Shown here one piece after another: positions 11,001-24,200 of a DNA stretch of 64,000 nucleotides. The notes beneath the pieces were generated by a model. It had not been told where the DNA came from and made no database searches. It saw only the letters and a list, made by a program, of their open reading frames with translations. The translations under genes and the position numbers were made by a program. This DNA comes from Pocillopora damicornis (taxonomy: Eukaryota): NCBI RefSeq assembly GCF_003704095.1, contig NW_020845410.1, forward strand, positions 62,001-126,000. Direction: 5' to 3'. Position 1 is the first letter of the stretch. Each line of letters starts with the position of its first letter.

Positions 11001-14000
11001 GCCATACAACCCGGGTCATGTTTGCCTGATTCCTTGCCAGGTTGGATGGGTATTGGGGCGTCCTTGTATCTTTCTCTGTCCACCTCATTTTCCAGTCGGT
11101 AGGACAAGTTGCGCAGAATACAGACGGAATTTTCAACAGACTGTTAGACAAAAATTGCACAATTTATACTGACACGCTCTAAAACGGGGCTACGTCTCGG
11201 TGCGAAAACAGACACAACCTATTCTCAGTATCATATAAATTCGATTAAGAGCCCACCTTCTTGTTAGGAAACGTTAAAACCCAGCACCCCACGAAAAAAA
11301 GAAAAAAAAACCGAAGTGTACAAGAGGAGTATTGATTGTTACTTTCTTACTGTCTTATAATATATACATCTTCGCGTTTTGTTATTATATATCGTTCTGT
11401 GGCAAAAAAGAGTTATTACTCGCTAAAAATGGTGAATATTTAATAAGCGCTTAGCCTCGAATAGGCAGCCGCTTCGAATGAACGCCCAATCTCAAGGCCC
11501 AAAAATTTATGACGCACCCAATACGCTAAATCGTATAAAAACGGTAGCTGATGATTTCCCGTTCTCTCATAAGAAATCGTGAAGGTAACGCACCAAGCCA
11601 GTATAGAGAAAGTGGATATTGATCGTTACCTTTACCTTATTATCAATATCATTTTTGCCAAGTGGTGCCTTGATGATCCAGACAAAGGAATCCACGAGTC
11701 CATCACAGTCCCTCATCACGCGCCGCGCCTCAGGTCCAGCCGAAGACACGTTCCTCAGCACACCGCTGGCGTTACGGAACACTGTGGACCATTTTATGGA
11801 CGGAAGTGGCATCGAATTGTTGGCGGCAGCTCTGCTCCAGCCAGAGTACGGGATGATAATGATGGTAACCATGACAATGAGACAGATTTCTAAGATTCGA
11901 AGTTTCAGATCCTGTCAGGAATAGAGAAACAATAAAATTGTGAACAGATTCAGTTATTTTCACACTTTACTCATTTCATGACAAAATTTATGAATAAATT
12001 GACCCGCAGTTAGCAGAAGCGGTTCAATCAACTGCCTGGGTTCAACTTAATTCATTATTAAATATGTGAAGAAGCCACAGAAACTAAATAATATATAGAT
12101 TTAGCCAAGCCAAAAAGCGGAGCTCGCATTTTTTTTTTCCCCGCACGTCTCAAGGGCACAACGCCTTGCCCCGGCCAGGACTAGAACCCGGGTCGTCCTA
12201 CTCGGAGCCCAGTGCTCTGACCACTGGACTACTGGACAAAGCCGTGGCGTTGGCGTGCGCGCGGTACAGTTGACCACGCATGTTAAAAGTAGCACCTTGT
12301 ACGGTCGTACGGTCATACATCCAAATTTTTTCGACTTGATGGGTTACTACTATTTTGTATAATTATGGGGCTACGCTCTGCGAGCTCCGCTACTAGAAAT
12401 AAGTGAAAATTCAGTAACGAACAACTGTACAGCGGAGGAGCGGTGGAAGACAAACGGTTTGATCAATTTGATTTAATTTTATAGTCTTTGAGTTTTAAAA
12501 TAAATATTTTCGACAGCGAGATTGGAATCTTCATTTCCATCTCTCACCATTATCTCATCAAGCCGTCCACGCTGTTTTCGGCGTTCAGAGCATTTTCATG
12601 TTCTTAGAACACGACTCGACTTTGCGAATGCAAACAGAAACAAGTCGCATTATCCTTGTGAACAAACTAACGAAATTCCAGAACTAAACCGTATTTAAAA
12701 GAAGAGTTGAAGATTTTCAGACATTCTGGCATTCAGTGTCAAGTCTTAAGCAAGCTTAAACTTCTCAATAACAGACTATATTCAAGAAAGAGTTAAAAGT
12801 CCTCACCTCGCAGGACGACAGATTCCACAAAACACCCAAAACTACTTCCTTAACCTGGGGACGAAAAAAAGGAAGCGACATAATAAACCATTAGTTTACT
12901 CGACTGGAATATATCACTGCTGCCAGAAACTGATAGAAAAGACGCGATCGAGCCGCATCACCCAAAATATTTCATATGTATAGCTGACAGATACGAAGCT
13001 AAAAATGAAATTACAGTCTGCGCAGTTAACTATTGCAATTTCAGATCAAACCTCACGAACCAAGTGGCCCTTTTACTACCGAGGATTACCAAACCCTCAG
13101 TTCAATAAAGCGACAGGTCGTACGATAATACAGGATTGAAAGTTTCATCAAACTTCACCTTGATCTCTCTTAAAATAAAGCGTAAATCAGGGCTTACGTT
13201 TTGAGGGGTGTTACCTTATCATGAGACGAAACTGAAGGAAAACTGAATATAAGCAATAAAACTGTCTGCAATGCAACAAAACTAATCAAAAACTGTTGTC
13301 GTGCTTTGAGAAACGCGACCCTGCAGGAGTATAGATACTCAACTCGGAGAGGATGTAAGTGTGTTGCAGATTTGCCAACTGCACCCTTTTCCTAACCATT
13401 TACACTCTTGAGTGAGGAAATTGTCTTGCCCATGAACTCAGAACAATGACCTGGTCTGGCCTGGACTGGGACCCAAGCTTCTCGATCTCGGAGTAAAGCG
13501 CGCTCAACACCAGGCCACCTCGTCATAACTGTACTTTAGATTTCGTTTATTTCTCTTTTTCTTACCTCGTCTCTTCTTGTTCTTTTCAACAGTCGTATCA
13601 AAGCCTCAATGCCATAACATTCGGCAATTGCCAACTGTTTGAGAAGAAAAGCGAGTTGATATTCGTATCTCGGAAACGAATCCTAATGCACCCATCGATG
13701 GGAAAGTGGCAATCCCAAGATAAATTTAATATTTTCAGGTGTCCAAAAGTCAATTATTCCACCCTTGAGTATCCATTATGTGTCAAAATGCCATCCTTCG
13801 TGACCAAAGGTGCTGTTTCACGCGATCTTCCATGATGCCGACAAGTAATATTCCCGACTCCGAGGCAGTGCGTCAATGTCAAAATCCTTACCCGAGGGGG
13901 ATTCTCTCAGCCATTTTTCTGTGGGTAACCTACCCCCCTTTTCCCCAATCCTGGGGCAATTATTTATAGATACATCACTTGTATAACAATCCAAAAAATA

Positions 14001-15267
14001 ATTTCTCTTATGAGCAACTGAACACCTCATATGACTGTTCACGCCCCGATTAAAGCTGGAAAACAAACGAGTGGTATTTTCCAGGTGATGTCTATTTACG
14101 TTAGATACGATGAAAGTCTAAAACTTTAATTCAATTCAACATAGGAACGTTGTGCTATTGTCACAGAAGAAGACTGAACTTAACCTTCCTGTTGATAAAT
14201 TCGCTAGAGAGAACGACTAAAGATTAACATACAAAGCAGTCAACGTTGTGGACAGTAAGTTGTTTGCAAACGTCATGAACCGCGATAACGAAACTATTTT
14301 AGATTAACAATCTATCTAACTGCTTCAAAGCGATATTGCCAAGTACAGATGAAGTCCGCAGAAAAAAAAACCGAGCATATTAAGGCGTCAAATGAAAGCT
14401 ACTGTTTTTCGAACACAGTTTACCTTATTCTCGTCCCTTGCTTTGCTGTACGACAAATTCCTCAAACACGCCGCAGCTGAGCGGTGCACCTCGTCTAAGT
14501 CGTGATCAAGTAAACGAACCAATATTGGAATTCCGCCGAGCTCTCTGTGGTTAAGATAACAGTTAACGTTCACAGTAATACAGTTTCTGTTCATTCAAAT
14601 TAAAAATTAGGAACCCATTTCACATCTAACAACACCAAATAAGTAACTTCGAGTTAAGGTAATTTCTTAGCAAACCACTTTTAAGAGCAGCAACAAATGT
14701 TGCCGTGTGGAGAGAGCGAAGTTGGATCAATTTTCACGAAGAACGAGATGACAGGGAGGGAAAAAAATAAAAACATACTAAGAAAAAAGGAAAGGAGGAA
14801 ATAAAAATAACAAAATAGGGAGAGAGAAAGAGAGATTTATTCGTGTAAGCCAACTGGTTGGGTGTTGCGCACATACAAAAAACCCTCTTAAACCTGAACA
14901 AAAGGTTACGATTATTAGAGGTGCTATTCCATGTTGTAACATCCGTACCTTGCGCTTTCGCACAAAACATGGCGCGTTAAGTTGTTCAAGAGAGATTTAT
15001 TCCACAAAGCATAAAACTTTAAACTTCTGCCGACCATGCGCTTGTGAGGGAAGCTGCCATTAATGTAGTCTGAGTATTCACTCTCCTATACAACAGATAA
15101 AAAAGGGAATGTTTGTCCAGCTTACCGAACTTTTATCTTGACCTGTTCATCGCTGTACGAGAGATGCTGCAGATAATTAGCAGCATTCACGATAAGCGTG
15201 GCATCATCTGTCTGTAGGTATTCAATCAGATCCTGTAGATCAGGTTCGTGTGCATAGGTCTTTCTCT
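8041..15267 (-). CDS. Armadillo-repeat region and C-terminal tail of the delta-catenin (10 exons)
   Basis: Runs from [11 protein letters not shown]...[11 protein letters not shown] through KKEGW. Includes the poly-lysine loop GSKKKKKG typical of the p120 family and the terminal SDSWV PDZ ligand. Confidence 0.95.
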
Positions 15268-18200
15268 CTGAAAATGATGGAAAACATTTGCGTTAAATCT
15301 GTACATAGAGAAGTCACCTCCGTAACGAAAACACAGCCTTGTCTATTAGAGAAAATATTTTTTCAACCTGATTGTTGAGGCTGAAATAGCAAAATCTTAT
15401 GGTAAAGATGTAACGAAGTCGTTCTAACAGACCCCTAAGATCCCTCTCACTCCTACACAAAAAAATTAAACTGATAGTATGGTCAGTAGTTCTTGCAAGG
15501 AAGCGTTGTAGTTCAGATCATATCTAAATTTAACTGTTGTTTCCGCTGGTCGAGGAACGAAAAAAGCGGAAAACGTTGTTCTCACACACATCTATGAGTC
15601 TGGGTGCTTATGTGCATGAAGTCTAGTCACATCTTGTTGGGTGGTTCGGCTTCTCTGTTGTGGGAGAAAAAGGCATCGTGGGTTTCTAATAAAGATATCT
15701 AAGCTTTTTAGCACAGTTACCAGGGCAGCAGTCCAGAAGAAAACTACTAATTCAAATTCAGCCTGCAGAGTTCTAATAAACTTGTCTTCCTCCTTTCTAG
15801 AACAATTTGCGCACCCACCATTTCTCTCTCACCTGCATACAGATCCCTCTCGGTTTTACCATCGTCTTCATAATCCGCCAGCCAGCGGTTGCAAGGAAAG
15901 ATCCAACACTCGTCGTGAATTATAATCACCACTTCCTCCAAATACCATCCAGTGCCCAGACCACGCCCATCGTGGCCGATCCGGATCTTCTCCAGCTGTA
16001 CGATGGGAAAAGAGAACGAGAAGCAAAAGGCATGAGAAAACTTGTCACCAGGACCTCCTTCAATTGTGTGTCGAAAGTGAACTGGGACTTTATTGTTAAA
16101 TTCCTCATACACCGTGATTGGTAGGAAAAAAAATCGCTACAGCTCAACCAATCAGAGACAAACAGAAGATTCTGCTATAAAACGAGTGGGTGCGTTTGAC
16201 TTCAAAGTTATGTTTTCATTCATACTTCCTATGAAAGGATTGACAATTAGCCAGAATTTGAAAATGAGGACTTGTAGAAGTACATATTTGCCTTTAGCAA
16301 CGTGACCATTTTTGTTTTTGCATAAAAAAGGCTCAAGCTTCGAAAGGGCTGCAGACAAGTTTTGCAATTTCCACATTTTTCATAAATTCCTGAATCGTCT
16401 CCGATTTTGTGAAACCTGCAGACTTCCCATCAAAAACAACGAGAAACTGCAAGTTGATGCACCACAAGAAACATATTCAAACTTACATTGCCCACGTCTA
16501 CAGTTTGCAAGTTGATCTTGGTGTTCATTCCACGTTGGAACTTATCTTTAGTGTCGCAAATTTGTTTCAGTTCAATGACCCCGGTGTCTCCTTTATCACC
16601 AAACACCTGCAGGTAGATGTTTGAGTCTGTGCCAGCGTTCTTCAAATTCCCTGTCTTTATTCTCACTTGGTAGTCAGAAACTGCGGATGAAATAGAAAAT
16701 TGGAATCAACACAGTGTTCAATCAAATGTTAAATGTAATATAGGATTACGTTGCTTTTCGCTCCCAAATCTCAGTGACTGGTCCAAAAAACACGCAACAT
16801 CTCCTTCACCAAACAGAAGCAAAACTTGAATTTGCTTGTTTTCACTCCGTTTTTCATTGGCTCTTTACAGTTTTTTTTCCTCAGTCAGGACGGCAACGCC
16901 AGTGAAGACTTCAATTAAAAAATGAATTTCTGCCTTTAATTAGAATTTCAAAAATGGCTGAATGTGTTCACCGTCTCAAACGGCGCCACACCTCAACTTC
17001 AGCATAACGTATAAAAGAAGCGTTGAGTTCCAAATGAAAATCAAAACAATTTGCCGTCGTGGTTTCGGTTTGCAGACGAAGCAATTTGTGGTGATTTCAC
17101 GTTGTTGTTTTGCATGGGACGGCTAAGAAATGTACAAAATTTTCAAACGCACGTGCTGAGCTATTGTTCTGTTAATTAAATCTATTGTTTTTCCATATCC
17201 TCGTTGCCGTCGCCGTCGTGGTTTGCTTAAGGTCCCTACTCAGTCGAAGGGCACCCTAAACCTTTTACACCCCAACACCAGTAAATATATATTCTCCACG
17301 CTTTTCTTAACACTTTTCCTGTGAAATTAATGAGGAGATTTTGTCAAACAGTCAAAAGTTTCTTCAAAAAAGCGATTATTTCCTTATTCTCCTAACTAAT
17401 TGATTGAGAGGTGATGCTGTGGGAGAAATTTGATAACAGTCACTCTTAGGGGTTAAAGGGTTAAGTAAAGTATGTGGTGAATTTTTAGACAAATCTGTGT
17501 GGAAGAGAATGGATACAATTCGCATGATGATACTAGCATTAAACCGCATTCGGACATGTAAGTTTTCAGCGACAATGCTCTTGTCGCAGAAAAACTATGC
17601 GCTGTAAGCTTAAGAAATAAGAACCTCTTAAAAACTGTTCTTAAGAAAAAAGTTGCAGGACTAGACTTTCTCTAGTTGGTGTGCTCCGTAAAAAACTTGA
17701 TGAACTGAGCCCCGTTCCAACTTTCATATTCTATTACCGCGTTATGACCACGACTCATATTCTACTTTGCAGCCGTCGTTTTCTCAAGGTAGGAAAGCGT
17801 GCCACGTGACGTGAAGGCTGACGAGAAAACACATCTTACCTGGCTGTTTAGGATAAAGCTCTTTGTCTGCATATCCCACGCTCTGCTCCTCTGCTACCCA
17901 GGCATGGCAAGGGAAGATCAAGTGCTCCCCCCTGACAGCACTGTTTAGAATCACCTCCTCCACGTACCAGTCTGATAAGGGACCACGGCCATCATGGCCA
18001 ACACGAAGTTTCTCGATCTAAACAGTGAGTTGTACTCGCGGTTGGTAAGTAAACTTCAAACACTAATAACTATTACATATTCAATTTTCCGTTGTTTCAA
18101 GCACAGCTAAATTGCCACTACTAATTCCGGTCAGTCATAAAAAACACCAGCAAAGTAATAGAGCTGTCACTATTTATTGCCTAAAGGGGGGAGGGAGGAA

Positions 18201-21200
18201 GGGCGATTTTGGGGTGGATCACATGGTTTTCATGAGGAACGGAGGAGGAGCAGTTGTCGCCAACAGAGCAATAAATAATGACCGGTTCCTTCAAATGCTT
18301 AAAAAAAGAAAAATAATCAACACTTTCCGATCTAACCATGTTGTTTACGTAAATAGTGCTGTTTTTGTTTTTCGGGTTTTTTTTAAAAATGTTTTTATGT
18401 TTTTTATTTCGTAGCATATACCTTGCCAACATCACCAGCTTCCAAAGTGAAATAATCAGTCTGTCCTCGTTCAAACAGGTTATCCATCGTTCCTGATTTC
18501 TTTAGCTCTACATGTCCCGTGTCTCCTTTATCACCATACACCTGTACCCAGACGCTCGCATCTGTACCTGCACTTGTCTCGTCGCCTGTCTTGATAGCCA
18601 AGTGGTAGAGGCCTGAAATAAAAATAAGTAAAATAACGTTAGACGCCTAGTGGTGCCTTGCAGGACCGTTGTTTATCTCGTTTTCGTGGCAAAAAGAACA
18701 ACGGAATATAATATTGTTAATCCTAAAAGACTGGACTATTCCGTATGTTCAAGTTCTTTTGCTACTCGTTGGTAGACGTAGACACTCAGAGAATAAAATG
18801 CCACGCCCGTAAACACGACGACCGCACAGGACTTGGACCCGAAACATTCTGCTTGAAGTTCAGAAAAATCACAATTTTTTCTTTTAAGTCATGAAGAAAG
18901 GAAGGTTTTTATTAGCCGACAAGCTGAAATTTATCATCTTCCTAACTCTATAGGACGCATTTGAAGTAACTGATCCTAAAATTGCGTAAGATGCTCGTCA
19001 TATAGGAACATAATGGATGGTTTAGCTCGCCAGAAAGTTCTCTTTCACTCAGTTGGAAAAGAATCAAACCGCGAAATCCGAAGCTCTGACGTCTGATTTC
19101 TTACTTTTGACTCAGCTTTTACCTATGTCCCATGTTGCTGACAAATGTTTAGAACATTTCATAATCAAATTAGTCATACTTACAAGGCCTCGATGCAAAA
19201 TCTCTGACAATTTTTCCATCTCCTTGACTTGGAGCTAACCAACAGTGCGAAGGGAACACGGTGTGGTCCCCACGTGATGGCACATCAACTGTAACCTCTT
19301 CCAAGTACCAACCAGCAGTGGGCATTTGGCTGTCGTGGCTCACGCTGATTTTTTCAATCTACAATATAGAGAGAATGCACGTTAAGATAACGGCAAGATA
19401 AAAGAATTTCCAAGTTGGGTATTCACAAAGCGCATCCAAGGAGATTCATCTCAGGATTAACAGCAAATAAATCTCTCCAGCGGCAGAAGGGGGAAATATG
19501 AAGTAAGAGGTAATTTTTCCTTGCAATTTCAATACGATGACAAACACACAGGAGACGAGAATAAAGAAAAAAAATCAAAGATGGGATTAAAAAAACACAC
19601 CTAACACCTAACTCTCAGAACTAACACAATAAAAAATGTATGGCAGACAGTACTGAGAGCCATGAATGCCCGCTACCACTTGACTCTTGTATTAAAAGGA
19701 CCCCTCTCTTCCCCTGTTGGGAGTGAGACTCTGTGACAGCAATGTGCAAAACACTAGGAGAAGGACTAAGGTACAAAAAGTAGACAGATAGGTGTTGCAA
19801 TTCAGCACATTACACACAACTGACAGAGGAATGTCATGGAAGAATTTAAGAGAAAACATTCCGAACAAATCTTACTTTTCCAATGTCGATTGTCTCGACG
19901 GTGAATTTGTACGTTCTTCCCTTCTCAAAGCGTATTTTGGAGTTCCCAGCTTGGCGCAGCTGTATCTGTTCTGTCATGCCTTTGTCGCCAAACAGTTGGA
20001 TAAATACATTTCCTTCTGTTCCATCTCCAAGAACCTCACCCATTTTAAGACAAAGCTGGTACGCGACGACTGCAACAAAACACAACAAAACTTTATGGTT
20101 TGGGTACTTTTCAGCCAGAAAGAACCCGCAATTCTTGCAAATACTTTTTGGGCGTTGTGGTCGGTCGAACACTTCAAGCCCCCTACTCAGCCAATCAAAC
20201 GCAAACTCTAAACTTATCATGACTGGCCCACGTGCGTGTTCCCGCGCTTGGCTTAGTTTGCCTGTAATTCGAGAAAAAGGCGCGATCTAAGAACCAATTA
20301 GATCCAAAACTTAAGTTTTGTCCGTTGACACACATTGTTCAAAAACTTGAAGACTTTAAAATATAATCACCGATCAACTGTGCTTTCACCCATTTTTCTA
20401 CTTTCCACTGAAGAGATCCAAAAAAAGTGTTTTCAACTCAAAACAACGCAACGTTACTGTACAAACGGCCGAAAAGTAGAGGATAAAATCCAATTCTTGT
20501 CGTTTGCCGTTCGCTTAACTGTGGCTCTCTATCTCTCTGCTGTCGCCACTTTTTACAACACTAGAACACGAAGGCGCCCTAAAAAAGCAAAGGTGACACG
20601 GGTACCTCTGGATGATTTGTCAATAACGTTGTGGCATACAGAACTCCAAAACAGCTTGAGCTGCAGCCGATCCTAAGCAAGTGAAGAGCAGGCGGATTTC
20701 TCAAAAGCTCTCATAAGTTTCTTCCTTTCCATCACAATGGAAGAATTTGTTGAGATTTGTATCTTCTTTTGCCAATAGAAACCGTCTTCACTAATGGCGG
20801 TAAATTTGAAATTCGAAATGATTCGCTACGCCATCGCGTAATATTACCGCGGCCTAATTTGCATTTAAGCTAAAACCAAGGGGCGGAGCGCGCCTCCGTG
20901 TTTAAGATCATATGGTAGAGGAAATCCTACTCCGTGAACCAAAGAAGCCACACTCAGCACGTTTTGATTATCATTTACTCACTTTTCCTGCTATCCATTG
21001 AGTCCGGTGGGACAAGCACCATCTCTGTTCTCTTTTCTTCAAAATGATACTCATCCGGAGGAGGCAACATTTCTTCCTCGTAACGATATTCATTCATGGG
21101 GGGAGGGGCGGAGTAAGGCACAGGGGCTCCCCCCTGTTTACGCATCTCTTCTACAGTCAGCTCCTCATGTGTAATGCGCTGTTTTTGTTCCCGCGGCCCG

Positions 21201-24200
21201 GTGGGTGGGGCTCCTTGCACGGGCGGTGTTGTCATCTCTCTGGTAACCATTCTTTCTTCGATAATTTTTCTCTGGGGAGGTAGAGGGGCCGTATCCTTTC
21301 TAGGAGTAGTGTACCTGAAATAAAAATGACAAAAAAAAAATCAGCGACAAAGAGTACATAGTAGACACTGTTTTAATTCAGTACATGGAAAAAGGCCCGA
21401 AAAAGACAAGCCTTCGACAGCATTTGCACTGGTTCTACCAACTAAGGCGCATTTCTATCCAGAGGGGTAAAATCAGACCAAAGGCCAAAATGAAACAAGG
21501 TAAATATTACCCAGAATGAATAATAACACAAGCGCGTACAAAAGCGAACGATTAAGTCGCCATTTGATGGCGAGAATTTCTAGCACAATCACTGAGCGAG
21601 GTATAGAGCAAACCCAACGCAATCTCAGTTTACTTCCAACATTCAGTGAAACACTGCACTGACCTTCGAATCCAAAAATTAAGAATGGGCTGGTTACGCT
21701 AGATTCTTTCTCTCACCTGTACTCCTCTTCGAGCACTGTCCTTTTTGTAGGGGTGGTGGAATAACGCACCTCCTCCATGACTGTTTTCTGTAGGGGTGGT
21801 ACTGTAGTGTATCTGAGTTCATCCGTGATAACCTTCTTTGTAGGTGAACCGTACCGTGGGTCGTCCATGAGCGGTTTCTTGGCCACAGGGGGAGGTAGTT
21901 TGTAATTCTCACTTGTTGTGGTTCTTTCAATGGTTGTAGTGATGGTTGTCTTGCTGGGCGAGGCTGTGCCAGATGGAATAGAAACTCCTACAGAGGTAAG
22001 AGAATTGAACATTTGATCAAGACGTCTGATCGGCCGAGTGACGGTGGTTCTGAGAAGGAATATTCTTGTCAGTAATGACTGACATTTCGACAACCCAAGA
22101 GGAAGTCATCTTTATAGTCGAGTAAGGCGTTATAAGACTAAGTTATTCAGTGCATGACACAAGTGCAATCGGAAAAAAAGATTCCCAGTGCCCCCAATAG
22201 GGGCCGAACCTACGACCTTCTAATTAATCCTTCGGATGCTTTATCACTGAGCTATAGGAGACTCGTGGCAGGCTTGGCTGTTTAACTACGTCCATGGTGA
22301 CTTCCTATATAATGCTAGGTGAGGAACCTAAATATGTGATGCGTTTGCGCAATATAAAGTAGTAAAGTAATAAAGTAAGGTGTTGTTTGTCAGTCAAATC
22401 TAACATGCGTGACACATGGATCCTCACAAGTAAACTCGAACCCATGTCTTTCAAATAACGGTCGAACGAGAAAACCATCTGAGCTATGAAGTCACTTGCT
22501 GGATGTGAAGAAGGGTGGGAATTTTAATGGTTCTTGCATGCCCGTGAAGAAAGGTTGGCGAAAAATTTACATGATATTCCCAATATTTTGATCGCTGGCT
22601 GATGAGTTACATTGTAGAATTAAAAAAAAATTCCATGCAATAAAATCACGCCTTTCGTAAAGCGTAGTTTTGTTATTATTGTTAAAGACCTCTCCCTCAC
22701 TCGCTAATCCGCGCGTGAGTCAAAGAAAACGGCAAAGAAAATAAGCCAGCGTCTGGTGAACTCTGAAAAGGGAGGCACGCCGTGTACCTACGGTGAAACA
22801 ACTACAAAACTGAGACCGATAGAAATGTTACACGACCTGGAACTAAATCTCTCTCTATTTTGCCATCATCTTCGTTCTTAGCGAGCCACCGATGACATGG
22901 GAAGATGAAATGCTCAGTATGGGCTGGGACATCCACGGCAACCTCTTCCAGAAACCAGCCAGGAGCAGTGCCATTGTTGTCATGTCCTATACGCAGCTTT
23001 TGAACCTGTTATAAACACAAACAACATGAAAGGCATCAGTACTAGACGCGCTATTTCCTTTCGGCTCCTCATAAAGTAAGGGGGTCTCTATTTGCTACTG
23101 TCTTCTATGACATTTATGAGCTGATTTTTGCTTGTTTTAAAGATCTTCTTCAATTGGCCTTCCCGCGGTTCAAATTATTATCCTTTATTAAACAGCAAGG
23201 GAAATAAACAACGTTGGGGAGAATTAAGAAAAACCATCCACGATTGGATATGTTTTGGATAGAACATCACATTCTCAGAACAAGCCAACAAATACGAGAA
23301 GAGGTTTATCCTTTTACTCCGAAAATCTTAACAATATTCTCGACTCTTGTATACATTTCTTTCTATTCCAATTCAAAGAAATTGGATGTTCAATCAACCA
23401 ATAAACCCGTGCTTTAAAATTGCCTGTCTTCTCCTAACCTGTCTGCTTGAAAGTGTATTGAGACTATAAGGAGAAATCACTTATTGATCGCTTAAAGGAG
23501 TGAAAGCATGAAGGACTAAATATGAACTGCACCTTTCCCACATCCACAGTCTCCACTATGAACTTGTCTACTCGTCCTTTCTCAAATCGTTTTTCTGCTT
23601 TTCCTCCTTGGCGCAGCTGAATCTTCTCTGTTTCCCCTTCATCACCAATTAGTTGGAAATACACGTTGGCGTCCGTACCAGCCATCGCCATCTCCCCTGT
23701 TTTTACTGCTAAGTGATACGACGTATCTATAGAAAGATCATCACAGATTAAGTGAACTGATGCATAAGCTACGGCCTTCATCTCGATTTCTTATATCCCA
23801 TTCACACCAAAGCTTAAATGTGTATTAAAGTTGTTTTGTCAAACACAGTTTATTTTATTCCACGTAGAAACAACTTAGGCTTATATCTTTTGACTTAAAA
23901 TGTAGCACATTGAAAATGCAAGTTAGCAAGTACTTGAATCCTATGGAAAATTAAGTTTTTCAGTTCTCTGTTTATGATTTTCATTCAGCAGAAACCAGTT
24001 TAACAAAACGTATTTTGCGGATGTGAATAGGGTAATAGATGTGGATTTTATGTTATAACATCCTGCTCCTAGATTTACCAGAACGTTCGCAAAACGATCC
24101 CTTGAACTGCGACATTGAAATTGCCCACAAGAAATGCCCATTCACAAGAGTTTAATCAGAGCACATTTTTCCCACATGAACAACAGTTACTACATCTTCT

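Noticed and set aside
20605-20672. AG...GT-bounded candidate extra catenin exon before PLAT4
   Set aside because: In the phase required by the upstream exon it hits a stop, and the open frame has an incompatible start phase.
22170-22275. Possible tRNA gene
   Set aside because: A and B boxes are present but acceptor and anticodon stems do not pair, so it is SINE-like. The same applies to the tRNA-like core in the 12.1-kb and 32-kb repeats.
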